A stretch of DNA of 63,819 nucleotides, filler included, from Reticulomyxa filosa (GCA_000512085.1; 10 parts of 10 records of this genome joined end to end with filler, not necessarily neighbours in it); one strand, 5' to 3'. Counted from the first letter of the whole stretch, positions 1-13,353 are shown. Notes: a model not told the origin generated them from the sequence alone. Made by a program: numbers and translations.

Positions 1-44
<44 letters not shown>

Positions 45-75
45 TCCAAAAAAAAAAGTGGAGTAAACAAACAAT

Positions 76-2390
76 CGTCACAGTGCTGACAATGATGCCG
101 ATACTGAGACCACTCCAAAGGCAAGATGGTATTGTCAACTAGAAGGAGCTCAAGTTTGTCTCTTTGCTTACCTATCATTTGTGTGTAATGTCTGTCGTCA
201 CACATAGGCTACATACGATATATACACACATGTACACACAAAAGAGTGAAAACTGTGAATGTGTATGTGTATGTGTATGTATGATTGATGGAAAGGGTCA
301 AGAGTATGACGCACAAACATCGCAAGAGATTGAACAAGCGTTTCAAGATAAAAACGTAGACAGCGTGGTACTGACCAAAGGCGTGTTTGCTCGCACTCGC
401 AACTTGTACATGGTTGAGTTTTGTCGGCGCAGCCGACACTCTGCCAACGCGTTTCAAATCAACCGACAGACGCAAACCCGTCGACCGGTGTACCGAGTTG
501 AACACACGCAATTGAAACAGAAATTGCATGACAACTCCTCCAAACAGTCTTCGAAAGAAAACAAGCTGCACCAATTCAAATCCTGTTTTCAATTGCTTAC
601 TGTCGATGACATTCAAGTTTGTGATATGCCATTACACTTACTATATACATATATATATATATATATGTACATATATATGTATTATATGTATATGTTATAT
701 ATTGATTGATTTATCGATTTAGTTACTCGGCTATTTATGTAATGACATTTTTTTGTTTGGTTTGAATGTGTGAAATGACAAGAACTTACCAACGACGGAG
801 TTGATATGTAGCATATGCTTTGATACGTTCGATACGCAACAAAATATCCTGCCATTGCAAGACGACGAGATAAAGCACATCCACGAGCAAATGGGAATGG
901 GCAAAGCACACAAACATGCATCCACCGACGAAAAGCAAGTCGATTCATCACATCATCCGCAGACACAACAAAAGCAGCCAGAACAACAAAAACAACCAGA
1001 ACAACAAAAGCAGTCAGAGCAACAACAACAACAACAACAACAACAATCATCGCCCAGCTCGTCTCGATTTTCTTCGCTTGTCCCCAGTTGGTTTTCCTTC
1101 ATGAAAACCTCGAACAATGACGATATTAAACAGAGCACTGGCCAAACACCATTACAATCGCAATCGCAATCACAATCGCAATCGCAATCACAATCACAAG
1201 TACAATTGCAATTGCAATTGCAATCAGCAAAACAAACAAACACAGAAGCTAATCCGAAGCAATCTCTCTCCAAGCCAATTCAAACTGGTAATCATACCAA
1301 CTCGACGAGCGAACAGCAAACAAGAAGTGAGCAGGAAAATAAGAGAGAGAAAGACAAGCAAAAGGCAGTAGACACCAGCAATGAAGTGCAAATAAAAACA
1401 AACGCAAAGACAGAAATGGAAACAGAAACAAAAGCAGAGGATGAACCAAAGGAGAAGGACAACAAAGATCAAGGTCAAGAGAAGGATAAAGATAACGATG
1501 TGAAAATGATAGAAAGGATGACATCATCAACAACGCGCAAGAACAACAACAGCAACAGCAACAACAGCAGCAAATCGAAGAACAAAAACAAGTTTCTGAA
1601 GGTAACAATGACTTAAACAATCCCACTCACGACACAACCTTGCCACAAAAAGAAGCCAACCGTAAAGACGTAGCTGTGTTGCGACATCAACGACTCAATT
1701 GCAAATTCATTGAAACAAGTCGATTAACAGGTATTCCCACATTGTGTGATTCATTTTTAGTTTGCGTTTGATTTTGATGTTGATTTATTTGGAAGGACAG
1801 GCATGTACATATATAGACATGCATACAAAATTTAAATAAAAAAACTAGACAATGTTGCAGTTGCTTTAAGTCGGTGCACCAATCACTTTTATCACATTGG
1901 ATGCATTTTGCAATGGATCCCCGAAAAGAACATGTGTCCAGTCTGCAAGAAAATGTACGGACACCAGATCGGCAACCAGCCCAATGGAACACTTGACATC
2001 AAAAAATTGAAAACTCATTGTCGAGGCTATGAACATTACAAAACCTATCAATTGATATTCCACTTCGAAGATGGTATCCAATCCCACAATCATCCTCATC
2101 CTGGAAAACCCTACTTTGGCGATACACGAGTCGCGTTTTTACCTGACACGGAAGAAGGTGTCGAGGTCTTGGAATTACTTAAAATTGCTTGGAAGAGAAA
2201 ATTGTTGTTCACTATTGGCTTTTCGATCACACGCAATATTGAAGATGTCATCGTTTTCAATGGAATCCATTTGAAAACAAGTATGCGTGGTGGAGCCGAA
2301 AGACATGGCTATCCTGACCAAGGCTATTTCCAAAGGGTGAAAGAGGAGTTGAGAAGTAAGGGAGTTGGAGTAGAAACTGAGGATTTGTAA
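76..2390 (+). CDS. Deltex-like E3 ubiquitin ligase (WWE + RING-H2 + Deltex C-terminal domain), multi-exon, 5' end truncated
   Basis: WWE-like RWYCQ..QEYD...SQEIEQAF..YMVEF..FQINRQTQTRRPVYR (about 120-500). RING-H2 ligands CSIC (807-818) and C-TN-H-FY-H-IG-C..W..CPVC (1875-1945). DTC domain GNQPNG..GIQSHNHPHPGKPY.GDTRVAFLPDTEEG..LKIAWKRKLLFTIG.S.T...VIVFNGIHLKT...HGYPD.GY..RVKEEL..KGV. Introns about 154-295, 617-782 and 1731-1848. One 1-nt frameshift near 1515. Confidence 0.9.
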
Positions 2391-2787
2391 TCTCTTTTAT
2401 GCTCGTTTGTTGGCTTTTTTTTTAGAGACAAAGTAATTGGCAATCTTCACTACATTTTTGAACCGAATACTTTTTTCTCACTTAAGCTTTCACGTCTTTT
2501 TTATAGCATGTGTTACATCTTTTTAAGTACTTGTTCGTCAAAAAATTCCGAGGCTGTCAGTGGGTGGCTCTTTGCATTTACATTTACGTTTTACTGTTCT
2601 ACTTACGAATTGTCAAGTGTTTTCCTAATCACAAGCAAAACTACTTTAACGTCTTGGAAACCTCAAAGTTCCAGGGGACAAAAAAAAACGTCAACAAAAA
2701 AAAAAACAAAGAAAAAAAAAACCTTTCCTGACAGAGAAGTCTAAGGAGTGCAATTAAATTTCTTCCGCTTCTCACAATATTCTGAAC

Positions 2788-3842
2788 ATGTCAGAAAAAG
2801 CGCCGGCTCAAGCCGCCCCAACAACATCAGCTAAACCTGCAGAATCAAAAGAGTCAAAGGAACCAAAAGACAAAAAAACCCGCGACAAGAATGTAATGAG
2901 AGTGATGCAAGTGGATAAGTTGATAATCAACTGTTGCGTTGGAGAATCAGGAGACAAATTGACCAAGGCAGCAAAAGTTCTGAGCAGTTTGACAGGACAG
3001 GCCCCTCAATTTGGCAGAGGTATTGAAAACAAAATGTATTGTTCAATGCTTTGTTGTTTTTTAATTCAATGAGACTGGTTCATCTCATATGCACATAAAA
3101 GAACTAGTCGTATATGATGACAGTTCTATCAATTCTTTTTTTTTTGATTTTTTTTTAGGGTTTGTTTATTTTTTTTATTTATTTAAATCATCTTCGACGA
3201 AATATCGCACATTCTCCTTTTTTAAAATTTTTCCTTTGTGCGTTTTTTTATTTGGTGATACTATTGAATGAAAAGAGCACTAATAAAATCTATTTTATTA
3301 TTGTTTTATGCTTGATTGACATATGAAAGCTCGATTCACTATCCGTGCATTCGGTATCCGAAGAAATGAAAAAATATCATGCTGGGTGACAGTCCGAGGT
3401 GAAAAAGCAGAGGAAATATTGGACCGCGCATTGAAAGTGAAAGAATACGAGTTGCCAGAACAAGCCTTCACTGACACTGGTATGTTAAAGAATTGAGAAG
3501 TGCACAGAGTGAGGGAGGATGGGGATTAAAAGATAAGGAGAAATGAAAAAAGAGAGTTTGAATAGAAAATAATTTTTGTTTGAATGAAATAATACAATAA
3601 TAGGCACCTTCGCATTTGGAATTGCAGAACACATCGATTTAGGTCTCAAATACGACCCATCCACTGGTATTTACGGCATGAATTTCATGGTTGTCTTGCG
3701 TAGACCTGGAGAACGTGTTCGTACCCGCAAAAGAAAAAGATCCCGCGTTGGAAAACCCCACCGTGTGTCAAGAAATGATGCTATGCACTGGTTTAAAACA
3801 AAATATGACGGTGTCATTGTATGGCCAGAGGATCTGCAATAA
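2788..3842 (+). CDS. RPL11: 60S ribosomal protein L11 (uL5), 3 exons
   Basis: [43 protein letters not shown] | [40 protein letters not shown] | [41 protein letters not shown]. Stop TAA at 3840-3842. Confidence 0.97.
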
Positions 3843-4377
3843 ATTTCTGCTGTTTGCTTTTTGTCTTTTTATTGAAAAAATGAAGAAAGTGTACTTGTTG
3901 CACTTATGTTGCATTATTCTCCAACCGCGTGAAGTTGGATTTGTTTGTTCGCATTAGCAACTACAGCAACATTTTTGTTACAATTAGAATCAAATCGGTC
4001 CTCAAAAGGCGCGAGATGCTTTGTTTTATTTGGCCTGTTTATTTGTTTTTGTTTGTTTTTTATGGGTAACTTCAACACGAAATGAACAATCAAAACTGAG
4101 TTACCCATTTCTTGCATTTTCTAATACACGAATCTACTCTTTCCCAGGTTCCAAAATGTCGTTTTTGAAAGTAAAACAGCTGTTCGACATTTCTTTTTGC
4201 TAAAGAAAGTTTTTCAACAAAGTCAATTCAATTAGAAATTTTTCGAATAAGGTTACCTTTTCATTTTTTTGTGATAAGGCGAATATTCGAGGAAAAATAT
4301 TGAAATCTTTTTTTTGTTTTCAAGAGTTTCCTACTGAACATGGAAAAAGCCCCCAAACATTAGATAAAGGAATAATA

Positions 4378-5685
4378 ATGGTTCTATATTTCGTTGGACT
4401 GGGGCTTGGTGACAAAGAAGATATAACAGTGAAAGGATTAGCAGCTGTAAAGCGTTGTAAACGCGTATTCCTTGAGCATTATACAGCAATTCTGACATAC
4501 ACTTCCAAAGAAGAACTAGTTAAGCATATGCTAACCCCACTGAGATATTTTAAAAAATTCAAATTGTTTACAGGAAGAATTTTATGGATGTCACATAATA
4601 TTGGCGGACCGTGAAATGGTGGAACAACATAGTGAAGAGATATTGAAAAACGCAAAGACAGTTGATACAGCATTTCTGGTAGTAGGCGATCCGTTTTGTG
4701 CTACGACACATACAGATTTGCTACTACGTGCTGCACAAGAGCAAGGTATCCCGACGAAAATAATACATAACGCAAGTATAATGAACGCAGTGGCGTGTTG
4801 CGGATTGCAACTATATCATTTCGGGCAGACAGTAAGCATACCATTTTTCACAGAAAAATGGAGACCAGATTCGTTTTATGACAAAATAAAACAAAACAAA
4901 TCCATTGGATTGCACACATTGTGTTTGTTGGACATTAAAGTTAAAGAAATTAGCGAAGAGAATTTGCTCAAGTATGCGCTCATTTTTAACATAACTAAAG
5001 ACTATTTTTATTGCCGCCATTATTTTTTGTTTAACTTTTTTTAAAATTGAACATCATACACACACAGAGGCCGAGAAATTTTTGATCCGCCCAGATTCAT
5101 GACTATCAATTTATGCATTGAACAGCTATTGGAAATCGAAAATCAACGAAAAGAAAACGGTTTTGTTTTATTTGTTGCAATTCTTTTCCTTTTTTCTATG
5201 TGTAAAATGTTTGTGTGAATGCCTAAAGTACAACTATATGCAATATATACATGTATGTATTTATATGTAAATATATACGTACCGAAGTGTATAACGAGGA
5301 GACCAAGTGCATTGGACTTGCGCGTGTTGGTAACGAAAACCAACAGATTGTGTATGGGACAATGAAAGAATTGAAACAACACGATTTTGGTGAACCTTTG
5401 CACTCCTTTGTTATTCCAGGAACTACTCATTATATTGAAGAAGAGGTATTGGATATGTATGCTATTGCCAAAGTGCATGCAAAAACTACTTCTACTGTAA
5501 CTCATCAACATCCCGAAGTTGAGCAAAAAACAGCTGATGAACCTACAAACAACGACAACAACTCTTTGGAACAACCAAGAGATGTTTCTCAATTAATCAC
5601 ACTTGCTGAAAACGAGCTCGAGGAGTTAAAAAAAAAAGCTTTGGCTAAAGGTCTCATTCAAAATCAAGATCAAACACAAAAATAA
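4378..5685 (+). CDS. DPH5: Diphthine methyl ester synthase, 4 exons
   Basis: [28 protein letters not shown]; ADREMVE; [17 protein letters not shown]; [53 protein letters not shown]; PPRFMTI; [19 protein letters not shown]. Confidence 0.97.
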
Positions 5686-6199
5686 CTAATTGATTTCTTT
5701 TTCCTCCAATTTTTGCCTAATGTTGAATAACCTTTCTAGTTTTGTTGTAATTATTGTCATTATTGGCAATTGTCTTGTTTGGGTCATTGATTTAACAGCC
5801 ACAAAAAATTAAGCATTTAAAATGAAATTACTTTTAGTCATAACTCTGTCCAAAACTTGACATTTTTGGAAATGTCCCTCTTACTTACTTTGCATTTTTA
5901 AGTTTGAATGAAACGGTTTCAAAAATTTTTTTCTGTTTTTTAATGGGCTTGCATTGCAAACTTTTTTGCATGACAATAAAATAAGAAATTAAAATGCTTT
6001 GTTGAAGAATATCATAAGAAGTCGCACCACAAATATTTTGTAACATTTGATAAAGTAACTGTATCTAAATTATCTTATATTCACAACAAATACTAATACA
6101 AATGACTTAGAAAAATATTTGAAAGACATGATTAATCGTTTAAAATGATTTAAGTGAAAAGGTTTACTTCAAAAAGAGAAATTTCTTGTTTTTTAAATT

Positions 6200-6543
6200 G
6201 TAATGAATCCTGCTACTTTAAACAAAAGAAACTAAACTGTTTGAAATTTTGTATAATTTACCTAATAATCTTTATCTTGGTCAATGTATTGTTCATAATT
6301 CTGAGTTATTTCTTTGTTGCCGAAATATTGATTGACAACCATTAGATGAAAATTCCATAACAAGAACAAAATTTGGTGGTAGAAGCATTTTAGTCTGGTC
6401 ATGTTTTGGAGCATTAGTAATAAATACGCTTTCAAGATGGAAGGTGGAGTAAATACTGATATATAACAAAATTTTATCTGACGAAATCTAAAGAGCGTAA
6501 ATTGCTGCTTATAAAATAAAGATAATTGGATTTTCAGCAAGAT
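6200..6543 (+). mobile_element. Degraded Tc1/IS630-type DDE transposase remnant, cut by the contig end
   Basis: Manual translation gives TRTKFGGRSILVWSCFGA (about 6359-6415; Tc1 consensus TVKHGGGSVMVWGCF) and ..KDNWIFQQD at the contig end (second catalytic Asp). Interrupted by stops and frameshifts. Confidence 0.7.
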
Positions 6544-6643
6544 NNNNNNNNNNNNNNNNNNNNNNNNNNNNNNNNNNNNNNNNNNNNTTAATTAATTAAN
6601 NNNNNNNNNNNNNNNNNNNNNNNNNNNNNNNNNNNNNNNNNNN
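6544..6643. other. Artificial contig spacer (N44-TTAATTAATTAA-N44)
   Basis: N runs flank a six-frame stop linker; the identical unit occurs 9 times in the window. Confidence 0.99.
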
Positions 6644-7442
6644 AATCTCTTCATCTTTATTCTCTTTTCAACTGTAACTCCACTTTAAGTCTTTCATTTT
6701 CCAAATTTAATTTGTTAATCTCTTCCTATTTGCATTTGTTCAAAATAGTTATTTTATTGTCTTATTAACAGCTTTTAAAAAATTATTGATACGATGCCTG
6801 ATGTTGTTGAATAGTTTGCGTTAATATTTCAAAAGATTTGATAACCAAATCAAAATGCAATTGTATATTCGAAGTTAAATGATCTTGTATCATATATTTT
6901 GAACATATGTGACTACATCCAAATGACTCAAACCAGCACTTTACTAATTGTAAACAGCAAGACTTTTTCAAATGATCATCCACATGTTTAATCTTTCCTT
7001 TAAAATCACAATTCACAAATCCAGGATTTTTTCCTTCTTCATGTACTTGCTGTGTTGTCATTTGTAGGTTTTGTCCTTGTCTGAATTGTCGCGGATATAT
7101 CACATCTAATTCTCCGATGTATCGTTTTGCCGATTGATTTTAAGAGTACAAACAGTTGTTATATTGCTCGATTGGACAAAAATTTGTGTTCTGACTAAGA
7201 AATTGCTTCAGACAATTCTCTCCGACGATCAATGATTCATCTATGTTTTCGTGCTGAGGACAACCAATTTCCATTGGATTATTGGCGACTTGTTTACAAA
7301 TTAAACAAATAAAATCGTTAATATCTTTCTGCTGGTTCAGTTGTAAAATCCAATTTTTATCAAAGCAAGGCTGTTGTTGAGCAATTGACGTCAGATTGGT
7401 TTCCGCAGTCCCTTTGTTTTTTCCCTCTTGCATCTTACTCAT
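6644..7442 (-). pseudogene. RING/TRAF-type zinc-finger protein of a lineage-expanded family, with premature stop
   Basis: CFDKNWILQLNQQ..FICLICKQVANNPMEIGCPQH...IVGENCLKQFL....CPIE, then an in-frame TAA at 7140-7142. The same frame continues NQSAKRYIGELDVIYPRQF...CDFKGKIKHVDDHLKKSC...CWFESFGCSHIC....DHL....HFDL (TRAF-like Zn fingers), followed by coiled coil. Confidence 0.7.
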
Positions 7443-10400
7443 TTTGTTCCTTAAAACTTCCTTTTAGTTCTTGCTTATCTATGTATATGACAACGTTTTT
7501 TCTAAGGTTTATTGAGCTGGGGAACTTTTGTGCGGTCAATTTCATTTTTTATTGTGAACAGAAATCACTATTTGAAAAAAACTTATGTCACATAGCTGTT
7601 TTACTTTTAAAATAACAAAGATTATATATTCTTAAAGACTGAGGCCATAAGAAGTAGAAAATATTTAATGTCAAAGTTAAAAGATGACATGCTAAACAGT
7701 TTGTCTTATTGTTTTGATTATAAAAATGACAGTTAATTTTAATACATCAAATACTATCACAAATCTCAAAACAAAACTCTTGATTTTTAATCGAGATTGC
7801 TTTTTCACCTTCATTTGCTTTTTTTAGGTGCTTGTTATTCTTTTGTTATTTTATTTTTTTCTTTTCTTCTTTGATTGTTTTATTGTTTTGTTGTTGTATT
7901 GTTTTTTTGTTGTTTAATACGTTGTCTATGTTTTCTTTTGAAGATTTGCAAAACTTTTGAAGATCTTTTGAATTATCTTTATATAGTATAAAAAGAAGAT
8001 TTATGAAAAAAATGTTTGGAAATATATTTTGGAAAAAAAAGAAAAAGAAGACAAACAAAATTAATCAGTTTCTTTTGTGTTAAAAAAAGTGTGATACATG
8101 AAAATTTGTATAAGGTAAGGAACTAGTGAAATACTTGACTTCAGTACTACCTCAAAGGTAGATATAACTAAAGTGTTATCTGGAACTTACCGGGGCTTGT
8201 CTGGTTATACTTCACAGTATGGCTGACCTTAAGACGGTGGGGCAGGCTTGCGTTTCGGCCAGATAACTTTTTTTTCATTAAAAATCTGAATTATAATGTT
8301 AAGAAATAATTTTTTTTTAAACGTTGTTTTACATGACTGAAAAATTTTGATTTGATTATTTTTTTAATATTTTTAAAACTATCTCATTCAATCTACAATA
8401 TAATTTTATATTTTTTGCTAATCTGAATATTTCGATAGTGCTTTGCAAAAAATGATCCGGTTGAAATGTTTAAATGCAATCTGATCAAAGCTGAATTGAT
8501 TATTACATGATTTACTATGCAATAAAATTGCACAAATTTGATGTAATTGAAGTGGATATTCAATATGTTCATGAATACATTATGACACAATATCTTCAAT
8601 TTATTTAATATCATTTACCTGATTATTGTAGCTTCTTAGGGATCAGATCAAATCTACTTTTGTAATTCATTATTTTGTGTTGTATGGATTTCCGACATGT
8701 TTTGAACGATTTGAAGTTTGTATGCATGATCAAATAATTTTATCTTAAAATGGAACACTCTTTGATAAACTAGATACTAATGAGCGTTTGTAAGGTACAA
8801 TTACTTGAATAATTGGGTAATGATGAAGATGTTTGTAAATATCGCCCATCATCGTTTATTTTTAATATTTATTGGCAAAATAAACGTTTACATCATTTTG
8901 TTTGTTATAGCAAAATAAACACACATATTAAAAATATTTATTGATACATATTGTAATAGTTTCATATCGTCAATACACAATAAAGAGTATAAGCTTTCAA
9001 TTTCCCAAAATACAAAAAATCGGAACTAAGTTTTTTCTTATCAACAATAAAACAAATTATTTTTTTAAAAATACTTTCCAGGATTACTATATGCTATGTT
9101 TGTTTGTATTAATCGTGACAGAATAATAACTTTTTTCAATTCAACAGTATACGATGCATTGTGAATTATTTTAAAAAAGACTAATTAGCTTTCCAAGAAT
9201 ATTTTGTTCAATGTCATTTTTGCATTAATTACAGTTTTTCGCGATAAGTAGTCCAATATTTTATTCATTTGACTAAACGTAAGTATAAATCATTGGGTAG
9301 ATCAAGATCATCTATCACAACATAGTGCTTGTATTACTAACTATACTTCCACGCCATCTGTTTTGGCTAATAATTTTATTTTTTTGCATTGAAAAAGCTC
9401 TCATGACACAAGCAATACCACAATTATTGTTTCCTTGCTTTTGAAAAAATCACTAGTAGCTTCATGTCAACTAACTCAATGCATTTTGTTTGGTCTCCTT
9501 TCTTGAAATTACACAATGCTTTCCTTGCTGCTTATCTTCCATAACTTTAGACCGTAAGCAAGCAAACACGGATGTTCGTCTCGCAAGTGCTATGCTTCTG
9601 TTTGGGTTTGTAGCTACTGCAATATGACCAATTTGTTGTGGCATGCAACAGTAAAAATCAAAATGAAATTCTTGTATATAATGATATGTTTTTGATGTCA
9701 GTGTTGTTACAGCATGGTTCCACGGACCTTGAAATAATACCTTTGGAAACGATCCGTTATTTTTTCCGCTCACATTGGGAAACATTATCCCCACATTAGA
9801 AAAATTTGTAAAATTACTATTTGGATCTGTTGCCATAAACCAGATGGTAAGTGCAAGAGTACTTGCTTGGTTAATTATATTGTCTGTCACCATTGTCAAA
9901 CACATCGCAAAATAATGATAAACAATATGATGGTTCGCAATGTCGACTAAGTGATTGATAAACTGGTTCGCCATATTGTCAACACATGAAATTCCAACAG
10001 AGCACATAATCTCATATGCACCAGAAGGGTTAACAAAGGATAAGTTTCACTGAGCAATAAATCGATAGTTTAAAAACAAATTAATAAGGGTAAGATCAAT
10101 TACATTAAAAGCGTTTCTAAGTGCGATCGCAGTTTGCGCATTATAGGGGTTTAACATAGTATTCACGTTCATTGTTTCTCAGTATAAGTCCGAGTACGCA
10201 ATAAAACAATATTTTCTTCTTAATAAAAAAGATAAAAAGATAAAAACTTGATAGAGTAAAGAGTGAACTAAAAAAAGCTTTGTAGGATCCCTGGGACCCT
10301 TGCAAAAATTTTTTAAAACTGGCAAAGAGTTTGTAATTAAAGGTCAAAGTCAAATTTTACATGTAAAAAAGCAACACACATTTACTTTAAACGCACAAAG

Positions 10401-13353
10401 TAATCAATCAAATGCACCTTACTTATTGATGTCATCTCATTCACTCTATCGTCGTCATTATAACACACCTCATACATACTCAATCATTAATCTTACATAA
10501 GTTCGACCCACAATGTTATTATACGAAGTCACCTCGACACAAGCCTCAAACGTTGTGACATGTTTTTTAGCTTTCGGGTAGTATAACATCATTGATGATT
10601 CCTTCTTCAGCGAAAATACTGAAATTTTTCACCGGTCGTCTTTTCATTGTAAACCATGGTTTCCATTCCTCACATAATTCAAACGCATCTTGCCAGCATT
10701 TTTTACTTATTTCTTCATAGTGCTTTTTTTTCCATTCATCACTACGCTCATGTTCATTCTCTTTTTCATCAACAGCCAGGCTCTTTGTTATCTTTCCTTC
10801 CACATCAAATTCTTTTTCATACATCATTTTAAATTCTTCTTTTGTTTCATGCTAATTTCATTGACGTCCAATTTTTCTTCTTTTTTCAACCACGAGTATG
10901 CTGTTGATTGAAAAAAGTTATTATAAACAAACATAGTATATAGCAATCCTGGAAAGTATTTTTAAAAAAATAATTTATTTTATTGTTGATAATAAAAAAC
11001 TTGGTTCCGATTTTTTGTATTTATTGTGTATTTAATTATATAATTCAAATTTTCAAACATTAAAAACCGAGAAATTCAACAATAGTAATTAAAGAAAGAT
11101 ATATAAAGTCCTATTAGTTCCTTTTGTTACTGTCTTAATATTTAAGTAAAACGAAAGTAGTTATAGTTTTAATTTCTACAAATAACAAATATTGCATAAT
11201 TTATAGAATACTTGAAATTATTTTCTACATAATTTGCATAACTATATAAAAGCAAAATTAAGGATTCATAAAGCTTAAAAAAAAGAACTTAATATCAAAC
11301 AAGCAATGCAAATATTCACTTATTTATCTAAAGAAAACGCAAAGTGTATTAATTGTGGAAAATGCTTTTCATCATATTCAATTATAACAAATTCAACAAT
11401 TTGCAAATGATTGCAATACATACCATTTTACTTAAACTTTATGTATCATCAATTTCACTTTTATATATAATGATAATTAGATTTTAAGAATTTCAAAAAT
11501 AATATATTCTTGAATGTTCAAATTTGGTTTTCTGCAAATACATATATAGAAAATTGATTTTAAGGATTCGACAAATAATAGAATACCTTGATCCTGAATT
11601 TTATTTTCTCACATGCTACAGTATGTTGCAAAGAAACTGAACGCTTAAAACGATATCTTATGATGATTGATTTTCTCCATGAAAAATCAACATTTAGACC
11701 TAATTTTTTTTTTTTAATAGCACGCTGGTGGGGTAGGGCCTACAATGGGAAAAGGCATAACTAGAAGCAAATACACTAGGACAAAAATCCTAAGCTTAAG
11801 GGGTTTGTGGCAATCAAGTGGGTATTGCCTAATGGTGGAAAATACCGAAAAGCCTAATAAATAAAAGAGCAAAGCCACACACAATGTCGTTATAACTATT
11901 GAGTGGGTTAGTCACAGTAAGCGAGACCGGTGTATGTGATTGCTTCTCGCACAAAATAATATGTTGTCTAGACCACTATCCTAAAGTTTTTATCTAAAAA
12001 TAGTAATTTAAATACTAGAGGATTATCGACGTTGTCAATGTAGTGATATTATGAAAAAAGCTTTTTTTTATTTAAAAAATTGTTTTAAATGACATACAGT
12101 CAACAACGTGATCCGCACAAAGATCGTGATTCACAAGAAGGTAAAGAAAAAGTTTTTATTTCAAGGAGGCCAAAAAGTTTTTGCAAAGAGCATGGCATAG
12201 GCTAAAAATCAATTAAAAAGAAAAACAAATTGACAAAGGTAGTACTTATTGCAAAAACTATACGAAATGTTTACAACCAAAGTTTTTTAATAACAAAAAA
12301 TAAGCCCTTAGAGGAAAAAAATAAGTTTTAATCATCTACTATATAAAGCATATTATCTTGATCATACTGACGTTTGTAGCGATAATTTCTTGTTATTTCC
12401 TCATTTGTAATGTAGCCAGAATCACGTTGGTAAACATCATAGCTTATTGCTATATTTCTTGATTTCTGCTCAATTAGCCCCAAATACTAGTAATTTAGCA
12501 AGTGATATCATATTATGCTGATTAAAGTCATTTGGACATTGGAACTATCATGTGAAGATTAGCAACCATTTTTGTATATAATCAATCATTTCTCTACTGC
12601 TTTTTTTTCCTATCCAAAAACTCACAAAAAATCAACTACTTAAAAAATTTTAACGACAAAAAACTTATAATAACATCTTCTGTTGAATTATGTTCATGTA
12701 TAATTCTCAACTACTATCTTTCAAAAATTATTTTTTCACATGTCTATATATTGCTGGACTGTCAAAATAAAAAATCAAAAAAAAATTTGTTACATATTAG
12801 ACCTTTATAAAACGAAATAATGAAGAACATATATAAAACTTTAAGTTGAGAAAATTTTTTTTTAAGTTCAATTGCATCCTATAAATTTTTCAATAGTAAC
12901 ATATGAAAATTGTCAAAACAGTGAAATAATAGCAAAATCGAATTCCCTTTAAAAAATAGACATCATTAAATGTTTTTAAAGAAAAAAAATTTTTACTTTT
13001 AAAAGTAATCACATTGGCAGCTACAGAATCTTATACATAACATTTTTGACCACTGGTATCATAAATATATATTAGCAATGAGTTTTAAAAAAATATTTTT
13101 TGTTGAACACCAGAGCGTTTCCCCTTTGAATTTTCACTTAAAAGATTTTACCTTTTGTTTATTTTTCTCAACCATGACAAGCCGTTTGCCTGTTTCCAAG
13201 CCTAACCTGCATACGCGATATGAGCTTGCGCAGACTTATTTTGAGTGATCAACTTTTAAGATAGCTCAGATTTGTTGATTTTCACACGACAAAAAATAAA
13301 AAAATTGACAATTTAGCATTGTACATGCTACATAATAATGTATTCAAAATTGA

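Noticed and set aside
1495-1525. Single-base frameshifts in otherwise intact genes (Deltex about 1515, amidohydrolase about 13604, MLH3 about 23415, RABL6 about 35350, TBC1D13 about 41060) as programmed frameshifting
   Set aside because: They fall in or next to homopolymer runs, share no slippery or stop motif, and also occur in the bacterial contig. Sequencing indels are the simplest explanation.
953-1626. Cys-rich or hydrophobic antisense ORFs (e.g. 953-1273, 1249-1626, 40187-40984, 50482-50952)
   Set aside because: Shadows of CAA/AAC/GAT low-complexity coding repeats on the opposite strand.
3069-3130. Possible C/D snoRNA in RPL11 intron 1 (ATGATGA plus two short hairpins)
   Set aside because: No CTGA D box downstream within the intron and no recognisable rRNA guide.
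7140-7142. In-frame TAA in the zinc-finger gene (and at about 20208-20210 in NEMF) as stop-codon reassignment
   Set aside because: Conserved genes end normally at TAA (RPL11, DPH5, ABCG) and TGA (CENP-C, GH31). These copies show other signs of decay.
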